Under the pieces are notes generated by a model. It ran no database searches. It was not told the origin of the DNA and saw only the letters and a list, made by a program, of their open reading frames with translations. Made by a program: the position numbers and the translations under genes. A DNA stretch of 24,000 nt. Origin: Fervidibacillus halotolerans (GTDB lineage Bacteria > Bacillota > Bacilli > Bacillales > Caldibacillaceae). The stretch covers positions 1,056,771 to 1,080,770 of the forward strand of contig NZ_CP106877.1 in the NCBI RefSeq assembly GCF_026547205.1. Reading direction: 5' to 3'. Positions 16,735 through 24,000 of the stretch are shown here, in pieces; positions within the stretch are counted from its first letter, which is position 1; the number at the start of each line of letters is the position of its first letter.

Positions 16735-17330
16735 TGCAAAATGCTCAAATATAAATCTGTCACAACCGTTTCCCAAGAAAATCCACGATGGGAAAATAGT
16801 TTTGTAGGAATATAGTTACCGAACATCGCATAAAGGATGGCGATACTAGCAACAATTACAATCGGAAGCCCGACGCTTCTACGTGCCGCTTCCAATACGA
16901 GTAAAACGCCAAGTGAGGCGACGATTACATCGAGCGTATTATAACCGAAAACGATTCGTTCGGTTACAAGTTCTTCATAGAAGATCACATTGTAATAACC
17001 TACGAAAAGGGCAGTGAAGGCAAGGATCACATCATACCATGGGACCCCTTTTTGTTTTCGATGTAGCCCTTTTTTTGCGGGATACAATAAAAAAATTAAT
17101 CCAAGAGCAGTACCGAGATGAATCGGTCCTTGGATTTGTGACGCAAAAGCCCCCCGATATCCGGTGTATAAATGAAAGAGGGTTAAACTAACACCGATAA
17201 ATGTTACAACCCATGACCATTTACCGAGATTTCTCCGATACGTACTTTCCCTATCGTATTTTTCTAATATTTGTTCAGCGGAAAGTGACTCTGTTTCCAT
17301 CTCTTTCTTCTTTTTTTTAAATAATGCCAT
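16725..17330 (-). pseudogene. TAXI-type TRAP transporter fused permease, N-terminal (DctQ-like) fragment, truncated by an IS insertion
   Basis: A 201-aa ORF with an N-terminus typical of this family (EKYDRES..R.L.G.W..V....GV.L..FHLYT). Native sequence ends at ..TDLYLSILQ. The final codons (IF-stop) are read from IS DNA. Confidence 0.85.
16735..16742. repeat. Putative 8-bp target-site duplication (TGCAAAAT), copy 2
   Basis: See copy 1. Deleting 15281..16742 joins agc att ttg ca|a aac act in frame. Confidence 0.5.
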
Positions 17331-17411
17331 TTACAACACCTCTACTTCAAAATTCTTGTTGCCAATCGATTATCATTTTTCCTTCCTCCTGTAATGTTTA
17401 AACATAGTTTT

Positions 17412-17438
17412 GGAAAAGGCCAGAACAAATGTCTGGCC
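17412..17438 (-). terminator. Intra-operon hairpin (attenuator/partial terminator) between the TAXI binding-protein and permease genes
   Basis: The minus strand reads GGCCAGA-CATTTGT-TCTGGCC followed by TTTTCC, starting 9 nt after the binding-protein stop. Confidence 0.5.
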
Positions 17439-17446
17439 CAAATGAT

Positions 17447-18433
17447 TTATCGTAATCCGATCTCTTTATAATATCTTTCAGCTCCTGGATGCAGTAGCAA
17501 GTCTCCCAATCCATTTAATGCATTTTCCTTCGTTGTATGTTTTGATTGAGGATGGGTGTTTTCGTCAGCATTTTCAATCATAACCTTCGCCAATTGATAA
17601 GCAGTATCATCGTCTACTGTATCGGTATTGGCGACTAAGATCGCAAAGGCAGAAACTGTTTGGACATCTTCTTGAAGCCATTCATAGGAGTCTGCAGGAA
17701 TGGTAAATGCCGAATACCCTCCATTTTCTTCAACATAGCTGAGGGCATCCCCCTCAATATTTAAAATTTTTACGTCTCCAACGGCTACATTTAATTCATC
17801 GATACTGGAACTCGGTAACCCGAGGAGTCCAAAGGAAGCATCGATCGTTCCGTCTTGTAATTTCGCCTTCGCATCTCCAAACCCTTCTTGATATTGCTCA
17901 TAATCTCCATCTTCAATTCCATATGCTGCTAAAACGATTTTCGCTGCTGTTTGCGTACCACTTCCCGGTGGTCCGATGGCGATTCGTTTACCCTTTAAGT
18001 CTGCGATACTATTAATCCCAGTACTTTCCCTTGTGACTACTTGCAATACTTCCGGATAAATGTGACCGATAAAGGCAAAATTTTCTACCTTTTTGCCTTC
18101 AAACTCACCTTCGCCATTTAAAGCGTTGTAGGCAGGCAAATTTACGGTCATTCCGAGATCGAAATCACCGCTTGCAATTTTTCCTAGGTTTTCAATGGAT
18201 GCACCGGATTCAGTCGCTGTTACGTTGAGCCCCTCAATGTTGTTATTCCAAACATTCGCCATTTCATTTCCTAACCCGAAATATGTTCCACCTTGAGAAC
18301 CGGTACCCATTAATAAATCTGACTTACCATCTCCGTCCGAACTATCCGAAGGTTTGGAATTTGAACAAGCGGATAATACGAGCATCAACCCCAATGCAAT
18401 CATTGCAAAAATTGACCACTTTCTCCTTTTCAA
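17447..18433 (-). CDS. TAXI-family TRAP transporter solute-binding lipoprotein
   Basis: Lipobox LVLSAC is followed by a Ser/Asp-rich tether. The GTGSQGGTYFGLGNEMANVW and RIAIGPPGSGT motifs are typical of TAXI (TRAP-associated extracytoplasmic immunogenic) proteins. The tracked ATG at 18466 has no SD and lies inside the predicted -10 element. TTG at 18433, preceded by AGAAAGGGG, gives MKRRKWSIFAMIALG.. Confidence 0.85.
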   Translation of the reverse strand: MKRRKWSIFAMIALGLMLVLSACSNSKPSDSSDGDGKSDLLMGTGSQGGTYFGLGNEMANVWNNNIEGLNVTATESGASIENLGKIASGDFDLGMTVNLPAYNALNGEGEFEGKKVENFAFIGHIYPEVLQVVTRESTGINSIADLKGKRIAIGPPGSGTQTAAKIVLAAYGIEDGDYEQYQEGFGDAKAKLQDGTIDASFGLLGLPSSSIDELNVAVGDVKILNIEGDALSYVEENGGYSAFTIPADSYEWLQEDVQTVSAFAILVANTDTVDDDTAYQLAKVMIENADENTHPQSKHTTKENALNGLGDLLLHPGAERYYKEIGLR

Positions 18434-18464
18434 TTCGATACCCCTTTCTTTTTTTGTTATGCCC

Positions 18465-18493
18465 ATAATAAAATGAATTTTCTACCATGTCAA
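18465..18493 (-). promoter_or_regulatory. Sigma-A type promoter of the TAXI-TRAP operon
   Basis: The minus strand reads TTGACA-17 nt-TATTAT, with a consensus -35 and a near-consensus -10. It ends about 30 nt upstream of the TTG start. Confidence 0.55.
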
Positions 18494-18684
18494 AATTATC
18501 AAACTTAAAACAACAGTATCGAGATAGAGCTTTCATTTTATTATGGGTAGATAAAAATAAGTATAAAATAGATTCGTATAGTCCTAATTTTATTGATTTC
18601 GAGAATATTTCGCAAGTCTTTTACATAATTTTTTCTAAATTCTAAGATTGATCGAGCCTTTTATATGTGCAAATTCACCCTTTG

Positions 18685-18721
18685 AAAACAAAAAACTCCG
18701 AAGCCATTTGCGGCCTCGAAG
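18685..18721 (-). terminator. Terminator of the HtrA-like protease gene
   Basis: The minus strand reads CTTCGAGGCC-GCAAAT-GGCTTCGGAG (a 10-bp stem including G-U pairs) followed by TTTTTTGTTTTC. It starts 8 nt after the stop. Confidence 0.75.
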
Positions 18722-18728
18722 TTGATTT

Positions 18729-20102
18729 TTAGTTGGTTCCCGTCTGAACGGATATCGATTGTTTTTTTCCATCGCGGTAAATATCCAACGTGACTTTTTC
18801 CCCAGGTTTTACTTGTTGATATAAATATTTCCGTAGATCTGTCGCCGTCTCTACTTCTTCTCCATTAATTGCAACAATTACATCATTTTCTTGGAGTCCC
18901 GCCACATCTGCAGGTGATCCTTTTTCCACGCTAGTGATAAAGATGCCCTTTTCTAACGAGCCGACTAAACTTTTCCGATAAAATTCTGCAATATCAGATA
19001 CATTGTATAGTTGTATGCCTAAATAAGCCCGTTTCACTGCGCCGTGTTTCATTAGTTCCTCAGCGATTGGAATCACATCATTACTTGGGATAGCAAATCC
19101 GATTCCTTCCACCTCCGTTTGGGCAATTTTTAAACTGTTGATCCCGATGACTTCCCCTTGACTGTTAATTAACGCACCGCCACTATTACCTGGATTAATA
19201 GCTGCATCCGTTTGTAATACCGTTAATTCCCAGTCCCCTGCCGATGTTTCTACCGTAATCGTCCGTTCAGTTCCACTAATAATTCCCCGGGTGACTGTTC
19301 GGGAAAATTCCAAACCGAGGGGATTCCCGATGGCAATGACCTCATCTCCTGTACGCAATGTTTGTGAATCTCCAAAAGTAGCCACTTTATCTACATATTT
19401 TTCGTCGATTCGAAGAACTGCCATGTCGGTTAGTGCATCGGTACCAACGATTTCCGCTTCAACTTGCTTTCCGTTGTAGAGAGAAACTTTAATATTACTA
19501 GCTCCTTCAATAACATGATTGTTCGTAATAATATAACCGTATTGATCATCTTTATAAAAGATCACACCCGATCCAGAGCCCGATTCTACTTCTTTTGTTT
19601 CAAGATTAAATCGGTTTTGCATTTCTTGCAAATTGACAACCCCGACTATGGCTGGTGAAACTTCCTCTACAATGTCAGCGATCGTCGTTTCACCCGTTTG
19701 TTGAAATGTACTAGTATATTGTGCATCCGATGAATTTTGTAAATGGAGTTCTGCGCTTTCTTCCGCTTGAATAGAAGAATCATCATGAAATCGTGGAAAA
19801 TCCGTAAAGGAAACAACCGATAAAGTTAATAAGGAACTTGTGACGCCAACGACCACATTCGTCATCAAACCTTTGACAACGGATTTTTTCCCTTTACTAT
19901 TTTTTTTAGAAGATATTGCCTCTTTTGTTTCATCCTTTTTCTCTCCTTTTCTTTCAATCATTTCATCCCTTTGATTAAATTCTTCTTCTTTGGTAAAAGA
20001 GAATTCTATTCCCTCAGATTCATCTCTTTCTTTTTGATTCATCTCCTTTTCAGTACTTTCCTCCGATTTTTTATTTAAATTTTGTTCATCCAATTTACTC
20101 AC
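18729..20102 (-). CDS. HtrA/DegP-family (S1C) membrane-anchored serine protease with a PDZ domain
   Basis: The catalytic triad contexts are ITNNHVIEG (His), LTDMAVLRI (Asp) and NPGNSGGALIN (Ser). There is a C-terminal PDZ-like region, one TM helix (VVVGVTSSLLTLSVVSF) and a ~75-aa highly charged N-terminal tail. The tracked GTG overlaps the GGAG SD, so TTG at 20093 (8 nt after GGAG) may be the real start. Confidence 0.9.
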   Translation of the reverse strand: MSKLDEQNLNKKSEESTEKEMNQKERDESEGIEFSFTKEEEFNQRDEMIERKGEKKDETKEAISSKKNSKGKKSVVKGLMTNVVVGVTSSLLTLSVVSFTDFPRFHDDSSIQAEESAELHLQNSSDAQYTSTFQQTGETTIADIVEEVSPAIVGVVNLQEMQNRFNLETKEVESGSGSGVIFYKDDQYGYIITNNHVIEGASNIKVSLYNGKQVEAEIVGTDALTDMAVLRIDEKYVDKVATFGDSQTLRTGDEVIAIGNPLGLEFSRTVTRGIISGTERTITVETSAGDWELTVLQTDAAINPGNSGGALINSQGEVIGINSLKIAQTEVEGIGFAIPSNDVIPIAEELMKHGAVKRAYLGIQLYNVSDIAEFYRKSLVGSLEKGIFITSVEKGSPADVAGLQENDVIVAINGEEVETATDLRKYLYQQVKPGEKVTLDIYRDGKKQSISVQTGTN

Positions 20103-20670
20103 TCCTTGTTATTTGTCATTGCATTCGAAAAGCTTGAAATACAACCAGGAAAAGACTCCGACGGACGAATATCTTTAGATGTTCGCCCATTATGGATATG
20201 TTCATGTGAAACCTTTTTTCGTTCTATGTTTTATCGGAGATTTGGTCTTTCTTCTCCTTTAACCACCTCTTCTATTTTGATCATAGTCGAAAAAAATGAA
20301 CAAATTATGACAGTAGATGGAAATAATTATGAAGTCGTTCCTTTTTTATTCTCCATCATTTATATACCCATTTTTTTTATGATTTTTACAAAAAAGTTGT
20401 TCAGGTCTTGAATCGTATTATTGAAACTTTTGTCATATTGGAGTGATCTGGATGTACAACAAAGGATGTCCAAGGGAAAGGGGAGCTTTTACAAACTCTC
20501 AAATTAATCAAAGGTTCAACATACTAAGGGATCGAGACTAGTATTTCAACAAATAAGGGTTCTTATGGCGTAGATCCTTCGTTCGTTGACAAGGTCGTTT
20601 AAATTCGTAATCGTCGATGAAAAAGTCAAAAAAATATGTATTCGGACTCGGAGAGATATGTTTTCAGATT

Positions 20671-20722
20671 AAAAAAGGTGTCTCTAAGCCGGCAAACGGC
20701 CTTCAAAAGACACCTTTTTCTC
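20671..20722. terminator. Bidirectional terminator downstream of the lysine-dehydrogenase-like gene
   Basis: Outer stem AAAAGGTGTCT (20673-20683) / AGACACCTTTT (20709-20719), with an inner GCCG/CGGC helix. T-runs follow on both strands. Confidence 0.75.
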
Positions 20723-20734
20723 CTTTATACGTTT

Positions 20735-21907
20735 TTAATTCGTTCCGTATTCAAAATGTTCAACAATATGGACATTTCGTTTTTTCATTTCCTTAATATA
20801 CAAATCCCCAGGGACGATTTCTTCAGGAGCAAAGACACCCCTTTTTCCAATCGTTCCGTTTCCGATCATTTGGGCGACGACGGAAATCGTTCCCGCTGTT
20901 GCCTTAGCCATTGCGGTAATTCCTTTTTCCTCATCTTTATACGTCACCATTTCGTAAGTGATTGTCGCCTGTTTATCGGACTTTTTACCGGATACAATTA
21001 CCCTTAACAATACGACATCTTGATCCTTTTCTTTTAAGGAAAGCCTTGGTGCCAATACTTTCAATAACATCTCTCTAGGGGAGATCGATTTTGAATCACC
21101 AAAATGAATCGGTTCGTTGCTCAAAAGTTGAAGATCCTTTAATAATTGAATGTTTTTGGCATGTCCTGGATAGCGAATCGTTTTATACTCTAGTCCATCC
21201 AAGTTGGGAAATGTTTTCGGTAATGTGGACGTCCCTCCAGATGTATGGAAAGCTTCCAATGGGCCAAATTTATCAAAATATACCGTTTCAATTTCCGATA
21301 AGGATGGAACAGTCATTTGTTTACCATTTCGGATGATTCGTGCTGGATCCGAATAATGATCCATTAAACCATCTAAAGAAAATACATGATTATAGTAAAG
21401 GGGTGGTTCCGGTCGTAATGGAATGCCGCCCACATAAAGTTTCACAGACTTTGTTTCTGTTAATTTACTCGCACCGTAACCGGCTAAAATGTTGATCATT
21501 CCTGGGGCGACACCGAGGTCTGGAATGATTGTAACGTTTGCCTTTTTCGCTTCTTCCTTCCATTCCAATATTTCATCCGTAATCTGTTGAATATGTCCAC
21601 CTAAATCAACGGAATGAGTACCGGTTTTGATCGCTGTTTTTGCAACGATTTTATTAAATTTATAAAATAGTGCATTAATGACGACATCATAGTTTTTCAT
21701 CAGCTTTGCTAAATCATGTTCATTACTGGCATCCAGTTGATAGGCTTTAAGTTTCGGATGATTTATTCCTTGACAGATCTCCTTTGCTTTCTCATAATCG
21801 ATATCGGCTAATCCGACTTGTTTTACCTCCGAACTTTCAACCAAATCCCTGGCTGCCTCTTTCCCCATCAATCCGGCCCCTAATACGGCGATTTTCAAAT
21901 CCTTCAC
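20735..21907 (-). CDS. Saccharopine dehydrogenase-family NAD(P) oxidoreductase, L-lysine 6-dehydrogenase-like
   Basis: A 390-aa ORF with an N-terminal Rossmann motif [17 protein letters not shown]. Its length and N-terminus resemble the Geobacillus lysine 6-dehydrogenase as I recall it. It lies immediately downstream (2-nt gap, GTG start) of an ALDH7-like gene. Confidence 0.75.
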   Translation of the reverse strand: MKDLKIAVLGAGLMGKEAARDLVESSEVKQVGLADIDYEKAKEICQGINHPKLKAYQLDASNEHDLAKLMKNYDVVINALFYKFNKIVAKTAIKTGTHSVDLGGHIQQITDEILEWKEEAKKANVTIIPDLGVAPGMINILAGYGASKLTETKSVKLYVGGIPLRPEPPLYYNHVFSLDGLMDHYSDPARIIRNGKQMTVPSLSEIETVYFDKFGPLEAFHTSGGTSTLPKTFPNLDGLEYKTIRYPGHAKNIQLLKDLQLLSNEPIHFGDSKSISPREMLLKVLAPRLSLKEKDQDVVLLRVIVSGKKSDKQATITYEMVTYKDEEKGITAMAKATAGTISVVAQMIGNGTIGKRGVFAPEEIVPGDLYIKEMKKRNVHIVEHFEYGTN

Positions 21908-21909
21908 CC

Positions 21910-23436
21910 CTATTCGTTCGATTCTATGTCAATTTGTGCCCGTTGAAGCTTTCCACTGTAATCTACGTAAACGGTACGCCATTCGGTAAAAACATCTAAC
22001 GCTTGGACACCCGAATCCCGATGTCCATTACCCGTTCCCTTCGTTCCCCCGAAAGGTAAGTGGATTTCTGCCCCGATCGTTCCAGCATTTACATATACGA
22101 TTCCCGTATCCAAATCCCGTTGTGCTTTAAAGACACGGTTTACATCTCTAGTGAAAATCGAACTAGACAAACCGTAAGAAACTTGATTATTTACTTCAAT
22201 CGCTTCTTCTAAACTGGAAACAGATATAATACTTACGACCGGACCGAATATTTCTTCTTGAGCGATGCGCATATTTGGATGGACGTTGGTAAATAAGGTC
22301 GGTGCGTAAAACCATCCATATTTATATTCATTCTCTGTTAATGGGAAACCTCCTGCAAGTAATTTTGCCCCTTCTCGTTTTCCAAGTTCCACGTATCCAT
22401 GAATTTTTTCCAAACTGGATTGATTAATGATCGGACCAACTTTTACCTGCTCATCCAGTCCATTTCCAATCGTTAATTGTTCCATCTTTTCCAACAAACG
22501 TTTTTCAAGTTCCTTTTGAACATCTTTATGGACAATCACTCGACTGCAAGCGGTACAACGTTGGCCACTCGTACCAAAGGCGCTCCAAATAATCCCATCG
22601 ACAGCGAGATCGAGATCCGCATCATCCATTACAATCACTGCGTTTTTCCCGCCCATTTCAAGGGATACTTTTTTCAGTTGACGACCACATTCGCTAGCAA
22701 TTGTACGACCGACTTCATTTGATCCCGTGAAAGAAACGACTTGAATATCCGGATGTTGAACGATCGCTTCACCCACTATTGAACCTTTTCCGAAAACGAC
22801 ATTTAATACTCCCTTTGGAAGACCTGCTTCTTCAAATATTTTTGCCAATTCATACGCCATGATCGGTGTTTCCGTAGCTGGTTTCCAAATGACCGCATTC
22901 CCTGCGACAATCGCCGGGAATGATTTCCAAGTGGCAATGGCGATGGGAAAATTCCAAGGAGTTACGATTGCGACAACTCCGACGGGAACCCGGATGCTCA
23001 TGGCAAATTTGTCCTTTAATTCTGCAGGTGTCGTTTGACCGAAAAGACGTCTGCCTTCACCAGCCATATAAAAAGCCATATCGATTCCTTCTTGAACTTC
23101 TCCTCGGGCTTCCTCAATTACTTTCCCATTTTCTAATGTTAATAATCTTGCAAGTTCTTCCTTCCGTTCTTTCATTATGTTCCCAACTTTATACAATACT
23201 TCGGCCCGCTGTGGTGCAGGTACTTTCGCCCATTGCTTTTGTGCTATTTTTGCCGCTTGAACAGCTTCATCTACTTCTTTTTCACTTGACAAAGGTACCT
23301 TTGCAATAATCTCACCATTCGCAGGATTGATCACATCGGTTAATGTACTGTGTCCTTTCCATTTACCATCAATATAATTTTCCAACATTCGGATTTTTGT
23401 CCTTTTCGTTCCCAATTTTATATCCTCCTTTTTCAT
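21910..23436 (-). CDS. Aldehyde dehydrogenase, ALDH7-like (candidate alpha-aminoadipic semialdehyde / piperideine-6-carboxylate dehydrogenase)
   Basis: A 508-aa ORF with ALDH catalytic Glu (LEMGGKN) and Cys (GQRCTA) contexts. Motifs [15 protein letters not shown] and GAEI..PFGG.K.TG.G(H)R(D)SG resemble the antiquitin/ALDH7 subfamily from memory. Its start codon overlaps the upstream gene's stop (ATGA). Confidence 0.85.
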   Translation of the reverse strand: MKKEDIKLGTKRTKIRMLENYIDGKWKGHSTLTDVINPANGEIIAKVPLSSEKEVDEAVQAAKIAQKQWAKVPAPQRAEVLYKVGNIMKERKEELARLLTLENGKVIEEARGEVQEGIDMAFYMAGEGRRLFGQTTPAELKDKFAMSIRVPVGVVAIVTPWNFPIAIATWKSFPAIVAGNAVIWKPATETPIMAYELAKIFEEAGLPKGVLNVVFGKGSIVGEAIVQHPDIQVVSFTGSNEVGRTIASECGRQLKKVSLEMGGKNAVIVMDDADLDLAVDGIIWSAFGTSGQRCTACSRVIVHKDVQKELEKRLLEKMEQLTIGNGLDEQVKVGPIINQSSLEKIHGYVELGKREGAKLLAGGFPLTENEYKYGWFYAPTLFTNVHPNMRIAQEEIFGPVVSIISVSSLEEAIEVNNQVSYGLSSSIFTRDVNRVFKAQRDLDTGIVYVNAGTIGAEIHLPFGGTKGTGNGHRDSGVQALDVFTEWRTVYVDYSGKLQRAQIDIESNE

Positions 23437-24000
23437 TTATTTTGTAGTTTTGTCAATGTGTGATGGACAGAAATCTGTTCTTTTCCAGTTATAATTTCGA
23501 TTACCGATGGTCGAAGATTCCTTAAGGCCAAATGAAGGGCTTGTTCAAATTCCACCCTGTTTTTTGCACGATAGCCATTTGCTCCGACGCTTTTTGCCAA
23601 ATCTATAAATGAAATGTTGCCTAAGTCTGTTCCAATTGGTCGATTCGGATACTCGATTTCTTGATGCATTCGAATCGTTCCGTACATTTCATTATTAAAT
23701 ACTAACGATATAATCGGTATTTCATATCGTACCGCTGTTTCTAACTCTTGGAAGGTCATGAAAAATCCACCGTCACCGGAAAGGGAAACAACCGTTCGCT
23801 GGGGGGTTGCTATTTTTGCCCCAATAGCTGCAGGTAAACCATAGCCCATTGCACCTGAAGTCGGTCCGATATACGTTTGCGGTTTTTCAAAGGGATAAAA
23901 TTGATGTAGCCAGCCGGCAAAATTCCCTGCATCATTCGTAATGATCGTATTCTTCGGTAAATTGTTCCGTAATACATCGATTACTTGTTTATAGATTGAA
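23433..24000 (-). CDS. Thiamine-diphosphate-dependent enzyme, acetolactate-synthase-like family (C-terminal part; 5' end outside window)
   Basis: I translated 23850-23999 by hand. The frame stays open to the window edge (..ITNDAGNFAGWLHQFYPFEKPQTYIGPTSGAMGYGLPAAIGA..). The ThDP-binding motif GDG-24 aa-NN is present (SGDGGFFMT...SLVFNNEMYG). Confidence 0.85.
   Translation of the reverse strand, partial: SIYKQVIDVLRNNLPKNTIITNDAGNFAGWLHQFYPFEKPQTYIGPTSGAMGYGLPAAIGAKIATPQRTVVSLSGDGGFFMTFQELETAVRYEIPIISLVFNNEMYGTIRMHQEIEYPNRPIGTDLGNISFIDLAKSVGANGYRAKNRVEFEQALHLALRNLRPSVIEIITGKEQISVHHTLTKLQNK

Noticed and set aside
20082-20411. 109-aa plus-strand ORF overlapping the htrA start
   Set aside because: It has a TTG start inside the htrA coding sequence on the opposite strand, no SD and no recognisable domain.
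20636-21007. 123-aa plus-strand ORF overlapping the lysine-dehydrogenase-like gene and its terminator
   Set aside because: It is antisense to a well-supported Rossmann-fold enzyme, reads through the terminator hairpin, and has no SD.
1-24000. CRISPR arrays, tandem repeats, rRNA genes, prophage or defence-system genes
   Set aside because: Reading both strands turned up no regularly spaced direct repeats, no rRNA-like sequence, and no nuclease, helicase, methylase, integrase or phage-structural signatures. The IS transposase is the only mobility gene.

Overview
This looks like a low-GC Firmicutes (Bacillaceae-like) chromosomal segment, mostly housekeeping and accessory metabolism. All calls come from reading motifs and structures by eye; no searches or folding programs were run. 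Left to right:
- The left part is syntenic with the B. subtilis citB-tlp-yneP-yneQ neighbourhood as I recall it: a partial CapA-family gene, YneQ-like, a 4HBT thioesterase, the small spore protein Tlp, an untracked 40-aa FbpB-like ORF, and aconitase.
- About 0.9 kb of very AT-rich DNA follows, with no convincing gene.
- Next is a stand-alone tRNA-Lys(CUU) with its own promoter and terminator.
- Then an acidic lipoprotein, a phasin-like / ABC1(UbiB)-kinase pair, and an OSBS/NSAR enolase-superfamily gene divergent from an M20 dipeptidase plus Cof-type HAD hydrolase.
- Then a TPP-riboswitch-controlled thiT.
- Then a TAXI-type TRAP transporter operon whose fused permease gene is split by a ~1.45 kb IS. 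The IS carries a DDE transposase and is flanked by an 8-bp TGCAAAAT duplication; removing it restores the reading frame.
- Then an HtrA-type protease.
- Last is a tightly packed ThDP-enzyme / ALDH7-like / lysine-6-dehydrogenase-like operon that runs off the right edge.

I see no CRISPR array, prophage or recognisable defence island. The most unusual items are the IS-inactivated transporter, the lysine-oxidation module coupled to an unassigned ThDP enzyme, the orphan tRNA with an anticodon-stem mismatch, and the AT-rich gap with a toxin-like mini-ORF.
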